64,000 nt of DNA. Origin: an uncultured Puniceicoccaceae bacterium (GTDB taxonomy: Bacteria; Verrucomicrobiota; Verrucomicrobiia; Opitutales; Oceanipulchritudinaceae). The stretch's first letter is position 1. Each line of letters opens with the position of its first letter. Location: positions 224,001 to 288,000 of the forward strand of contig CAWVVV010000001.1 of NCBI GenBank assembly GCA_963933835.1. The letters run 5' to 3'. Below are positions 10,511 to 19,223 of this stretch, in pieces. A program made the position numbers and the translations under genes. The notes beneath the pieces are model-generated. The model saw nothing but the letters and a program-made list of their open reading frames with translations. It did not search any database and was not told where the DNA came from.

Positions 10511-10981
10511 CTATCCGATAGAGACGACTTTAACCCGAACCCCTGACGGCAGGGCAAACTCTGTGCCTGCGACTTTTCCTTTGAGTGTGTCAAAGAGCGG
10601 GCTCTGCGGGGTGAGGACCGTCACCTTTTCTTCCTCGATCTCGACCACCTCTCCGCCACCGACCGGAGCAATAAAGTAGCGGTCCATCTCACCTCCGAAG
10701 GACACCTGAATGAGCGCGCCAAATTCAACGATACGGAGCGGTTGGCCCAACACATCCCGTTCCGCATGCAGTCGCTGCAAGGCCACCGCCGTTTCTTTGG
10801 CCTGAGTCGCCTGTCCCGCCGCGAGGTAAGACGCCTCCAGCCCTTGCGTATCCCACTTCGAATCGGCTTTCGACTCAGCATCAGTTGCGTAACTCGCCGC
10901 GTCCAACGAGGCTTGGCGTGATGCTTCTACCCGCTTTTCAAGCTGGGCAATGAGAGCAGCGATGACGGCGGCTTTTCCCAT
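10511..10981 (-). CDS. GreA/GreB family factor
   Basis: Coiled coil with acidic tip (ESKADSKWDTQGLEASYLAAGQ); C-terminal TPQSPL..LKGK. Confidence 0.75.
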   Translation of the reverse strand: MGKAAVIAALIAQLEKRVEASRQASLDAASYATDAESKADSKWDTQGLEASYLAAGQATQAKETAVALQRLHAERDVLGQPLRIVEFGALIQVSFGGEMDRYFIAPVGGGEVVEIEEEKVTVLTPQSPLFDTLKGKVAGTEFALPSGVRVKVVSIG

Positions 10982-11093
10982 TTCCTGATTAGATCTCAAG
11001 TGTTGAGAGCAGCGCAAGACTGGAGATTGCATCCATCGATGCTCGATTTGCTTGCCATCGCTGAAAATTCTCACCTCTTTATCTCACCTTACC

Positions 11094-11183
11094 GGACAGA
11101 TGACAGAGTGGCCGAATGTGCCTGACTCGAAATCAGGTGTACCCGCAAGGGTACCGGGGGTTCGACTCCCTCTCTGTCCGCCA
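11094..11183 (+). tRNA. tRNA-Ser(CGA)
   Basis: Acceptor stem GGACAGA/TCTGTCC plus GCCA; anticodon arm CCTGA-CTCGAAA-TCAGG; long variable arm GTACCC-GCAA-GGGTAC; GGTTCGACTCC T-loop. Confidence 0.97.
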
Positions 11184-11299
11184 TTCGACGCTCTCCGCTC
11201 CGCGTCCTTTGCTCATGGCAGGCCAAGAAGATTCGAACATCATTCATTCTCGCGGAGAAATTGTCTTTAACTAGCGGGGTGAGTCTCTAAACCGCCTTT

Positions 11300-12733
11300 A
11301 TGTCGTCGGAACGAGAAAATCTGTGGTCGCAACCGGGCGGCTTCAAGCAACTCATCATTGTAGCTTTCCCACTCATTCTGAGCATGGGTTCGATCTCGGT
11401 GCTGCTCTTCGTCGACCGGATGTTTCTCAGCTGGTATTCTGCGGACGCGATCGCGGCAGCGGTTCCTGCAGGCATTTTGAATTTCGCCTTCATCTGCTTC
11501 TTTCTCGGGCTCGCAACCTATACATCTACTTTTGTTGCTCAATATACCGGAGCCAATCGACCCGATAAGGTCGGTCCATCGCTTTGGAACGGAATCTATA
11601 TCGCTCTGATCGGCGGAGCATTGATCCCCCTTATCTCGCCCTTCACGGAAGAGATTTTCGCATTCATCGGGCATCCGCCGGAAGTCCAGAAGCTACAGGC
11701 TCCGTACCTCCGCATTCTAAATTTCGCGGGGGTCTTTTTCCTCTGCAACGCCACGATGAGTTGCTTCTACTCCGGTCGAGGCAAGTCGTGGACAATTGTC
11801 TGGGTGAACATCACCCTCACGCTCCTCAATGCGCTCTTGGACTACGCCTTCATCTTTGGGCATTGGGGCTTTCCGGAGATGGGTATCCAAGGTGCCGGGC
11901 TGGCTACGATTTTGTCTTCGGCAACGATCACGCTCCTCTATGCCAGCCTCATTTTTTCCAAAAAGTACAACAAGCGATACCACACCCGCAGTGGATGGCG
12001 CTTTAAGAAAGACCTCTTTACTCGGTTCATCCGATTTGGCGCACCTTCAGGCGTTCACTTCTTTCTCGATGTGAGTGGCTTCACTGTCTTCATCCTCCTC
12101 ACAGGCCGCATTGGCTACTACGAACTCACGGCGAGTAATATCATCCTTCAAGTCAATCTCATCGGCTTCCTACCTCTTGTTGGGCTCGGCGTAGCGACCA
12201 CTATTCTCGTCGGACAATTCCAAGGCGCCGGCAATAGCAAGCTCGCCCGGCGGGCCACTTGGAATGCCGTCAAACTCGCAGCCATTTACTCAACGTGCGT
12301 TGCAACCCTCTATATCACGATCCCCGAGCTACTCGTCGCGCCCTTCCTCATTAATACGGATATCGAAGATATCGAGCTCCTGCGCTCGCTCATCTTCATG
12401 CTTTTCTACTTTCTGGTTTTTTTCACCCTTTTCGACTCACTGGCCATCATCTGTGCATCCGCCCTGAAGGGTGCGGGTGACACTCGATTTGTCATGGCAA
12501 CACTCGGGGTTTCCTCCCTCTTCGTTCTCGTCATACCGGTTTACCTCGTCGTTGAGGTTTTCCACCTTCCCTTCGCCTACGCGTGGGGATGCGCGCTCGG
12601 GAACTATTTGTGTATCTCGCTAAGCTTTGCTCTCCGTTTCCGCAGCAGCCGCTGGGAAAGCATCGAAGTGATCGAGCGCGTAGAAACGATCCCGTCAGAA
12701 GGCCAGCCGGTCGCTTCAGAAACACTCTATTAA
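11300..12733 (+). CDS. MATE family efflux transporter
   Basis: About 12 TM helices; FPEMGIQGAGLAT and LKGAGDTRFVM motifs. Confidence 0.93.
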   Translation: MSSERENLWSQPGGFKQLIIVAFPLILSMGSISVLLFVDRMFLSWYSADAIAAAVPAGILNFAFICFFLGLATYTSTFVAQYTGANRPDKVGPSLWNGIYIALIGGALIPLISPFTEEIFAFIGHPPEVQKLQAPYLRILNFAGVFFLCNATMSCFYSGRGKSWTIVWVNITLTLLNALLDYAFIFGHWGFPEMGIQGAGLATILSSATITLLYASLIFSKKYNKRYHTRSGWRFKKDLFTRFIRFGAPSGVHFFLDVSGFTVFILLTGRIGYYELTASNIILQVNLIGFLPLVGLGVATTILVGQFQGAGNSKLARRATWNAVKLAAIYSTCVATLYITIPELLVAPFLINTDIEDIELLRSLIFMLFYFLVFFTLFDSLAIICASALKGAGDTRFVMATLGVSSLFVLVIPVYLVVEVFHLPFAYAWGCALGNYLCISLSFALRFRSSRWESIEVIERVETIPSEGQPVASETLY

Positions 12734-12755
12734 ACTAGAGGCGTTTCGTCTTCGT

Positions 12756-15419
12756 CTAGCCTGTCGTCCGCAGTCCGCTCGCAATCGCGTTAAGGACGAG
12801 CAGTAGGCGTTCAACCGTTGCGGAATCAGGCTCTTCAGACTTTCGCAATTCTCGGAGAAGCTCGATTTGTGCGCCATGCAGCCTCCGGAGAGCGGGCTCA
12901 CGATCTTGGAGCGTTTTCCAGAAGCGAGGGCGCCGCTGCGTCATCTCTGCACCAAAGAGGCGGGAAAGGCCGACCGAAACGCGCTCATGCTCACTGAAGA
13001 TCGTATCCATAAACCAGCTACGCAATCCTTCCTCTTGGACAAGTGAGCCATACGCGCTCATCCATTCTTTGTCAGAGCTACTGAGACTACTCTCCACATT
13101 GTAGAAGAAGTAGCGCAGAAATGGCTTCGCATTGATATTGTCACGCAAGTAGGCGAAATCGTCTGGAGAATCTTGATACAGCTCTTCTAGTGCCTTACCG
13201 ACGCCGAACCACCCAGTGATGTAGAATCGGGATTGGTTCCAACTAAAGACCCATGGAATCGCGCGAAGATCATCCAGCGTTGCCTGGCCTGTGCGGCGAG
13301 AAGGCCGCGAACCAATCCGGCTGAGCTCGATCGCATCAATCGGCGTTGCCTGACGATAAAAGGTCATAAACCCATCGGCCTCAATCAAGCTCCGATAGTG
13401 CTTCTGAGAGGCTGCCGAGAGGCGATCTAGCGTATCAGCTAGTCGTGGGTCAAATGTCCGACCATCACTCAGCATACTCGCACCGAAGGTACTGGCGACG
13501 AGTGACTCCAGATTTGCGGCAGCGGTTTCGCTCGTGTTGTATTTCTGGCCGATGACTTCCCCTTGCTCGGTCGTGCGAAGCCCTCCGGCGAGGGCACGCT
13601 TCGGAAGCGCTTCAAGGAAACGGTGCGTAGGGCCCGCTCCCCGCCCGATAGTGCCACCACGGCCGTGAAAGAACTGAATCGCCACACTGTTTGCCTCGCC
13701 AATCTCGAGGAGCTCGCGCTGAGCAGATTGCAGCACCCATTGGCTTGAAAGAATGCCCGTGTCCTTATTGCTATCACTGTAGCCGAGCATGATCGTTAAG
13801 CGAGAACCGCCCTTACGATCAGACTCAAGACTTCGACGCGTCACCTCGTGTTTAAGAAACTGGTCAGTGATGCCCGGCGCACGCTTGAGATCATCATAGG
13901 TCTCATAGAGAGGGGCCACTGGTAGCTTACAGCGAAGGCCTGTGCCATCATCCACGCAAAGCCCGACTTCCTTGCAAAGAACGTAGACCGTCAGCAGGTC
14001 CACGAGGTTGCGTGTCATGCTCACAATCAAAACGCCGACGCCATCGGTGCCAAACTTCTCGATATGCTCAGCAACCACTTTAAAGCAGTCTCGGACCGCG
14101 GTCGCTTCTGGCGGCAAGGCGGTCGCACCTAGAGTAAGCGGGCGCGAACTGCGCAGCTCCTTGTTGATGAAAGTGAGTTTCTCTTCAGTACTCCACTTTC
14201 CAAAGTTGGCTGCATCTTCGATCCCAGCCTTCACCATCATCTGCGAGAGAGCCTTCTCGTAGTAGTCGCTGTTCTGGCGAATATCGACCCGTGCGAGGTG
14301 AAAGCCCATGCAATGGATCAAGCGAATGAGTGGGCGCAGCTGGATCTTGGCGAAGTGCTGAGCGCCGGCGTCTGTGAGCCATTGTTCAAGCTGTTTAAGC
14401 CGATCGAGAGTCTCAGATGAAGGCGATTTTCCGAGCGCTCCAGCAATGCTCCGAATATAGGTCTGCCACGGCGACTTTTCACTGACGTCACCAAAGCCCA
14501 ACTTGCGCAGTGCTTGGATTAAGGCTTCCGGCGCAGGTGTCTGCAAAGGAGCAAAATCGAGACGTTTCGCAATCAATTGGATGCGATCGCTCACGACACG
14601 GAGAGCCTCACTGCGCAGCCGCAGGAGCGTTTTCCGTGTAATGTCGGCGGTCACCAGTGGGTGGCCATCACGATCTCCGCCCACCCACGAACCGAAGCGC
14701 AGGAGGGGAAACTCATCGGTACTCAAAGGCTCACTGTCGGGCCATGTTTGCTCCCAAGCGTATGAAAGTCGTTCGTCGATCTCTGCCTGCGTTTCAGGGA
14801 GAATTTCAGTTAAGTAATACAGCAGGTTGTTGAACTCATCGTCGATTTTTGGCTTCCGAGCAAAAACCTCACCGGTCAGCCAAAGGCGCTCGAGCAGTTC
14901 TCGAAAGGTCGTTGTGTTCAGGTCGATTTCGTATCCGCTGTGACACGATTCACGTTCTCTCAAGGCATCAACGATTTCACGGTGAATGCGCAAAACAGAC
15001 CAACGTTTCGCCTCTGTCGGGTGTTTTGTGAAGACTGCCTCGACCGAAAGATCCGCAATCGAGCGACGAAGAACTTCCGGGTCGTGCCCATCGTCTTTCA
15101 GCTGCGCGAGGTAGCTCATCCAGTGCCCCTTGTTCACAACTCCGCCCAGTTTTGATTCGCGCTGAACGCGCATCCGGTTGGCCACGTGCTCTTCAGCGAG
15201 ATTCAGAAGCTGAAAGTAGTAGGACAGCGCCTGAATACTCTCACTTTCTAGCTCTTCGGTGTCCAACTGAGTCGTTGGCGATAGCGTGCGGATGAGAGAC
15301 GCAGCCTCTTTCTCTCCGAGGCGGTCGAGAAGGTCGACAAACAGATGCGTCAACAGGCCATGGGTCGACTCGACGTCTTTGAGGCCAGCCTCGATCAAGT
15401 CAATGTAAGCGGTTTTCAT
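12756..15419 (-). CDS. ppc: Phosphoenolpyruvate carboxylase
   Basis: VFTKHPTE, SWVGGDRDGHP, MLGYSDSNKD, FHGRGGTIGRG and LRAIPWVFSW motifs; C-terminal GLRTTG. Confidence 0.97.
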   Translation of the reverse strand: MKTAYIDLIEAGLKDVESTHGLLTHLFVDLLDRLGEKEAASLIRTLSPTTQLDTEELESESIQALSYYFQLLNLAEEHVANRMRVQRESKLGGVVNKGHWMSYLAQLKDDGHDPEVLRRSIADLSVEAVFTKHPTEAKRWSVLRIHREIVDALRERESCHSGYEIDLNTTTFRELLERLWLTGEVFARKPKIDDEFNNLLYYLTEILPETQAEIDERLSYAWEQTWPDSEPLSTDEFPLLRFGSWVGGDRDGHPLVTADITRKTLLRLRSEALRVVSDRIQLIAKRLDFAPLQTPAPEALIQALRKLGFGDVSEKSPWQTYIRSIAGALGKSPSSETLDRLKQLEQWLTDAGAQHFAKIQLRPLIRLIHCMGFHLARVDIRQNSDYYEKALSQMMVKAGIEDAANFGKWSTEEKLTFINKELRSSRPLTLGATALPPEATAVRDCFKVVAEHIEKFGTDGVGVLIVSMTRNLVDLLTVYVLCKEVGLCVDDGTGLRCKLPVAPLYETYDDLKRAPGITDQFLKHEVTRRSLESDRKGGSRLTIMLGYSDSNKDTGILSSQWVLQSAQRELLEIGEANSVAIQFFHGRGGTIGRGAGPTHRFLEALPKRALAGGLRTTEQGEVIGQKYNTSETAAANLESLVASTFGASMLSDGRTFDPRLADTLDRLSAASQKHYRSLIEADGFMTFYRQATPIDAIELSRIGSRPSRRTGQATLDDLRAIPWVFSWNQSRFYITGWFGVGKALEELYQDSPDDFAYLRDNINAKPFLRYFFYNVESSLSSSDKEWMSAYGSLVQEEGLRSWFMDTIFSEHERVSVGLSRLFGAEMTQRRPRFWKTLQDREPALRRLHGAQIELLRELRKSEEPDSATVERLLLVLNAIASGLRTTG

Positions 15420-15556
15420 AGTGTGAGCGTCTTAAGTATAAATAATCAGACTGAGTCCAAATAACAGAGGAAGCCAATCACTGGATTGAAAGGAAAGGCA
15501 ATACCGAGAGAAGTGCTCGTGATTCCATCGAACAGCTCGCTATTTGAAAACACGCC

Positions 15557-16004
15557 CTGAGCCCCTTCGACAGGCGTATCCCTCTCGTTATTATAGGCGG
15601 CTTCCTCGGGGGCGGGCAAAACAACAGTTCTGAATCATCTACTGCAAACGGCAAAGGGCCGACGCCTAGCGGTCCTCGTTAATGACGTGGGAGAAGTCAA
15701 TATTGACGCCACTTTGATCCAGGACGTGGCTCAAGTCGATTCGAAAGGGACCAACAATGTCGTAGAGCTTAGCAACTCGGAGCAACCCTTGCGGGAAGTG
15801 GCCATCGCGGTCGGCATTACGGAGCGTGCCGTGCAGCGCATCATTTCAGAGCTCGAATCAGCGGGCTATCTTGAGCGCAAAAAGATTGGCCGGCAGAATT
15901 CATACACTCTGCACACAGACATAAAACTCCGACATTCCCTTGAAGAGCATACCACGATCGGAGAAATTCTCGACGTCGTCGTCGATCAAGAGCCTTCGAA
16001 GTAA
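15557..16004 (+). pseudogene. Chimeric remnant: 5' fragment of a CobW/COG0523 GTPase joined to the 3' part of a winged-HTH regulator
   Basis: IPLVIIGGFLG/AGKTTVLNHLL...LAVLVNDVGEVNIDA...VVELSN, with +1 G in the run at 15608-15612, then an abrupt switch to PLREVAIAVGITERAVQRIISELESAGYL. Confidence 0.8.
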
Positions 16005-16036
16005 GGACCAAGGGCGATTCTAAGCCGCCGCAGGGC

Positions 16037-17392
16037 TTACATACTACCCGTCGGCTTCTCTAAGAGCGGGAACATAGCGCCCTTCCGGAAGATAGTTACT
16101 TGGCCCGAGCTAGCGCTCAGTAGAATCGCTACACAGTCAGCCGCGAGCGAGACCGAGGCCGCTGCAGAGTGCCGAGCGCCAAACCCGCTAGGAAGCTCTT
16201 GATGGAATTCCAACGGAGCGTGGATCAAGCTTCCAGCTGATTCCATCACCCCATCACCTCGGATAATAAAGCAACCATCCATCTGGGAAAACTCCTTGAT
16301 CGTCTCATCCATGAATGGATTCAGGATGTTGCGATCCTCCTCCTTGTATCCGAAAAATGGATTCATCACGAGCGGCTTGGACATCCCAATCACATTCTCT
16401 GAGTCGCCAAGGACGAACAATGTGCCGATCGCGTGGCCTTCACGTCCTTCGATCGATAGCTCTGTCGCGATCGCGATGATGCGCTCCATGACCTCCACCT
16501 TCACCGAAGTCGGCAAGAGGTGATTCCCTTTATCGATCACTTTCTGAAACTCGCGCTCGATATCAATGACCATGAGCGTATCGAGAAGATTGCTTCCAGG
16601 CAGGCCTCCTACACAGCAGATGCGGTCGGAGTATTTAAACAGTCCACGCGTAAGCCCGATGAGAATCGCGCTACGGGTCTGAGAAAGGCGCGCCGCAGAA
16701 TAAGATCGAACTTCGATCACACCCTCAACCTGCCGGCCTTCGATACGGCGATCTCCGCCACGTGTGACGACGATCGTTCGGTGCTTCGGAAAAGTCTCGG
16801 TCATCTCGACCCCGCTGGCAAAGGTATCGCTAAATATGACGACAGCGGCGGCACCGGTGTCTTGAGCTACCTTTTCAGCTTCTTTGATGAAAAGTCGGTT
16901 AAGCCGACTCTGGCCGCGCTCTGGTTTTGCCAGTTGGGCACCAAAACCCATCAGCACACGGTCTTTAAATTTCTCTGTATTTTCCGCTTCGAAGATCTGT
17001 TGAACCAGATCGCGATCCCTAAAGAGGCGCGCGAGCGAAGCGAGGGCGTTCAGATAGTTGCTTTCTTTGTCCGAAGCGAGGAGGAGGAAAATCAGCCGTG
17101 ATTCCTCATAGTCATTAACCGTGTCATGGGTCAGACCCGTCTTCGTGCGTCCCACCGCAAAGATGTAGCGCCGCTTCATCTTGATACGCATGTGCGGCAT
17201 GCCGACACCATCGCCCAGATAGGTCGCCATCGTCGTCTCGCGATTCAGGAGAGCGCGAGAGATTTTCTTAGCGCTCAAGGTGCCAGGCATCCGCTTAAGG
17301 GCAACCTGAACGAGTTCCTCAAGAGCTCCTGAAAGGTCGGAGCTCTCTAACTCAATAATTCTTGAACGAGCAATGAAGCGGTCTAATCGCAT
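16037..17392 (-). CDS. PTS EIIA domain-diadenylate cyclase (DisA_N, CdaZ-like) fusion protein
   Basis: N-terminal RETTMATYLGDGVGMPH (EIIA with His); C-terminal EGREGHAIGTLFVLGD, SQMDGCFII and GFGARHSAAAS (DAC motifs). Confidence 0.88.
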   Translation of the reverse strand: MRLDRFIARSRIIELESSDLSGALEELVQVALKRMPGTLSAKKISRALLNRETTMATYLGDGVGMPHMRIKMKRRYIFAVGRTKTGLTHDTVNDYEESRLIFLLLASDKESNYLNALASLARLFRDRDLVQQIFEAENTEKFKDRVLMGFGAQLAKPERGQSRLNRLFIKEAEKVAQDTGAAAVVIFSDTFASGVEMTETFPKHRTIVVTRGGDRRIEGRQVEGVIEVRSYSAARLSQTRSAILIGLTRGLFKYSDRICCVGGLPGSNLLDTLMVIDIEREFQKVIDKGNHLLPTSVKVEVMERIIAIATELSIEGREGHAIGTLFVLGDSENVIGMSKPLVMNPFFGYKEEDRNILNPFMDETIKEFSQMDGCFIIRGDGVMESAGSLIHAPLEFHQELPSGFGARHSAAASVSLAADCVAILLSASSGQVTIFRKGAMFPLLEKPTGSM

Positions 17393-17474
17393 CCGGGGTA
17401 AAGATGAAAAGAAACACTGCCCACGATTCGGTCAAACCGAATTGTGCCCAGATGCACAGAAAAATTACGCTAGC

Positions 17475-17855
17475 TTACTTTTCCCAATCCAAAGCGCCTT
17501 TTTTCAACTCGTAGTAAAGACCTACGACAAGAACGCCAAGGAACGCCATGATCGGGAAAAAGATAGGAAGTCCTTGAGAAAGGAAGTCGCGATAAATCAA
17601 GACCCAAGGGATGAGGAAGACGACTTCGATATCGAAAAGGATAAAGAGCATCGCTGTTACATAAAACTTAATACTAAAGCGTGCTCCCGGAGTGCCTTCA
17701 GCCGCGACACCGCATTCGTAAGCGGAATCCTTAAACTTATTCGTCGGGCCCCGCTGCCCCATCAGATGGCTGACCAAGAGCACCGCCCCAGCGATAAACA
17801 AAGCGAGTAATACTTGCACTAAGACCGGAAGGTAATCTGCGAGCTCTTGCGTCAT
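17475..17855 (-). CDS. nuoA: NADH-quinone oxidoreductase subunit A
   Basis: AYECG, FILFDIEVVFLIPW and KKGALDW motifs. Confidence 0.95.
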   Translation of the reverse strand: MTQELADYLPVLVQVLLALFIAGAVLLVSHLMGQRGPTNKFKDSAYECGVAAEGTPGARFSIKFYVTAMLFILFDIEVVFLIPWVLIYRDFLSQGLPIFFPIMAFLGVLVVGLYYELKKGALDWEK

Positions 17856-17943
17856 ATCTCTACTGACGAAAGCCGCCCACCACTCCATGGCGAGTCGATT
17901 TTGCAAAAAAACAGCCTAGAATGGGGAAGACCCTCGGCAAAAT

Positions 17944-19020
17944 TCAGGGCTTCACGACCTTGAGGCGAACCTCTTCGAAGAAGGCAGCCCCCAACTGTAA
18001 ACTAGCGCTATAGTCCAAAATCGGCAGAAGTATACCGAGCGAACGGAAGCCCCAGCGCTCTCTCCGAGCGTTCAGCCGCTGAAGGATGAGTGCATCCAAA
18101 ATGACCGGATCGACCGCGAGCCAAAGCTTCGGCTCCGAATCCGTGTAGAGAGAATTGAATGAAGGTCCCCCTACAAACTGATACGACTCCAGTGTCATGA
18201 GCGTAAAGGCCCACGTATCGAGGAGCTCGGGAATCGCAGCAATCTCTGCGGTCGCTACCGGTGCGTTGTTCGGGCTGACAAAAAAGCGGGAGCGGTTCGT
18301 CACATTCCAAAGTGTAGCGTTCACGAGCGCTCCATTCACTCCAAGGGTCGGGTGATCGGTCACCATGGGGAGATTGATCCAGAAATCGAAGGACGTGAAG
18401 ATCTTTCCCGGCATCCGACTCTTTCGCTGTTGATCTCGGGCGACATCATCACGCCCGGGTTGAAATATCGCCCGTGCCAGCCCCGAAGTAAAATCTAGAG
18501 GCACCGGGCTGTCATATTCCCAGCCATCCGCCAAAAGCTCGCCTGAATCAATTGAAACAACGGGCACTCCATCGAAGCTCGGCGTCGAGTCCCGTTCAGA
18601 GCGCAGCGGATAGTAACCCGCATCCCGCAGCTGACTGTTCGAAGCATCCACGATCAATAAGCGATCGCGCGAAAATCCGCGCTTCACGAGCGCAGCGATG
18701 ACAGCTCGCGTGAGCGAGTGCGGCGTATCTAGCCCTGGGCCTGAGTTCGTGTAGATCTTGATGGCCGCTCGACCATGCACTGAAGGCGCAAGCGACTTAC
18801 CTGTATCCTCTTCAAAATTGGCCATCAGTGCTTCGACCGAGGCCTGATACATCTGCTCCGAAAAACTCACCATGGGAGCTTCCCAGACCACACCGTTCCA
18901 GTTCTTCCGCTCCCCCTCAAAACCCCATACGCCCGCCGATGCACACGCGGCCATAGCGCAGAGCCCGATCAGGCTAACGAGAAAAAATGGGGGATGGGAT
19001 TTCTGCACACGCATGGTCAC
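17944..19020 (-). CDS. Exported DUF362-like protein
   Basis: Signal-like N-terminus; FWINLPMVTDHPTLGVNGALVN and DPVILDA resemble DUF362 motifs. Confidence 0.6.
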   Translation of the reverse strand: MTMRVQKSHPPFFLVSLIGLCAMAACASAGVWGFEGERKNWNGVVWEAPMVSFSEQMYQASVEALMANFEEDTGKSLAPSVHGRAAIKIYTNSGPGLDTPHSLTRAVIAALVKRGFSRDRLLIVDASNSQLRDAGYYPLRSERDSTPSFDGVPVVSIDSGELLADGWEYDSPVPLDFTSGLARAIFQPGRDDVARDQQRKSRMPGKIFTSFDFWINLPMVTDHPTLGVNGALVNATLWNVTNRSRFFVSPNNAPVATAEIAAIPELLDTWAFTLMTLESYQFVGGPSFNSLYTDSEPKLWLAVDPVILDALILQRLNARRERWGFRSLGILLPILDYSASLQLGAAFFEEVRLKVVKP

Positions 19021-19223
19021 AAGGTAAGATACTTTAGAGCACTAAACGTTCAGGTAGAAGCGAGCAGAAGCAAATCTGCTTTTAAAAAGGTTTTGAGTCC
19101 GCGTAAAAATCTACCCATTCTATCGACGCCTCGCTTGCAACTTGGCCAAATGCCTTATCTTCTACCTTATTGTGCGGTCTTCCCTGTGCCCGAGCAAGCC
19201 ACTCCCCAGTCACCCAGAACGAC

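Noticed and set aside
11052..11270. 72-aa ORF
   Set aside because: Spans the tRNA-Ser gene; spurious
11094..12733. Possible tRNA-anchored genomic island
   Set aside because: No integrase and no duplicated tRNA 3' end seen; housekeeping genes follow
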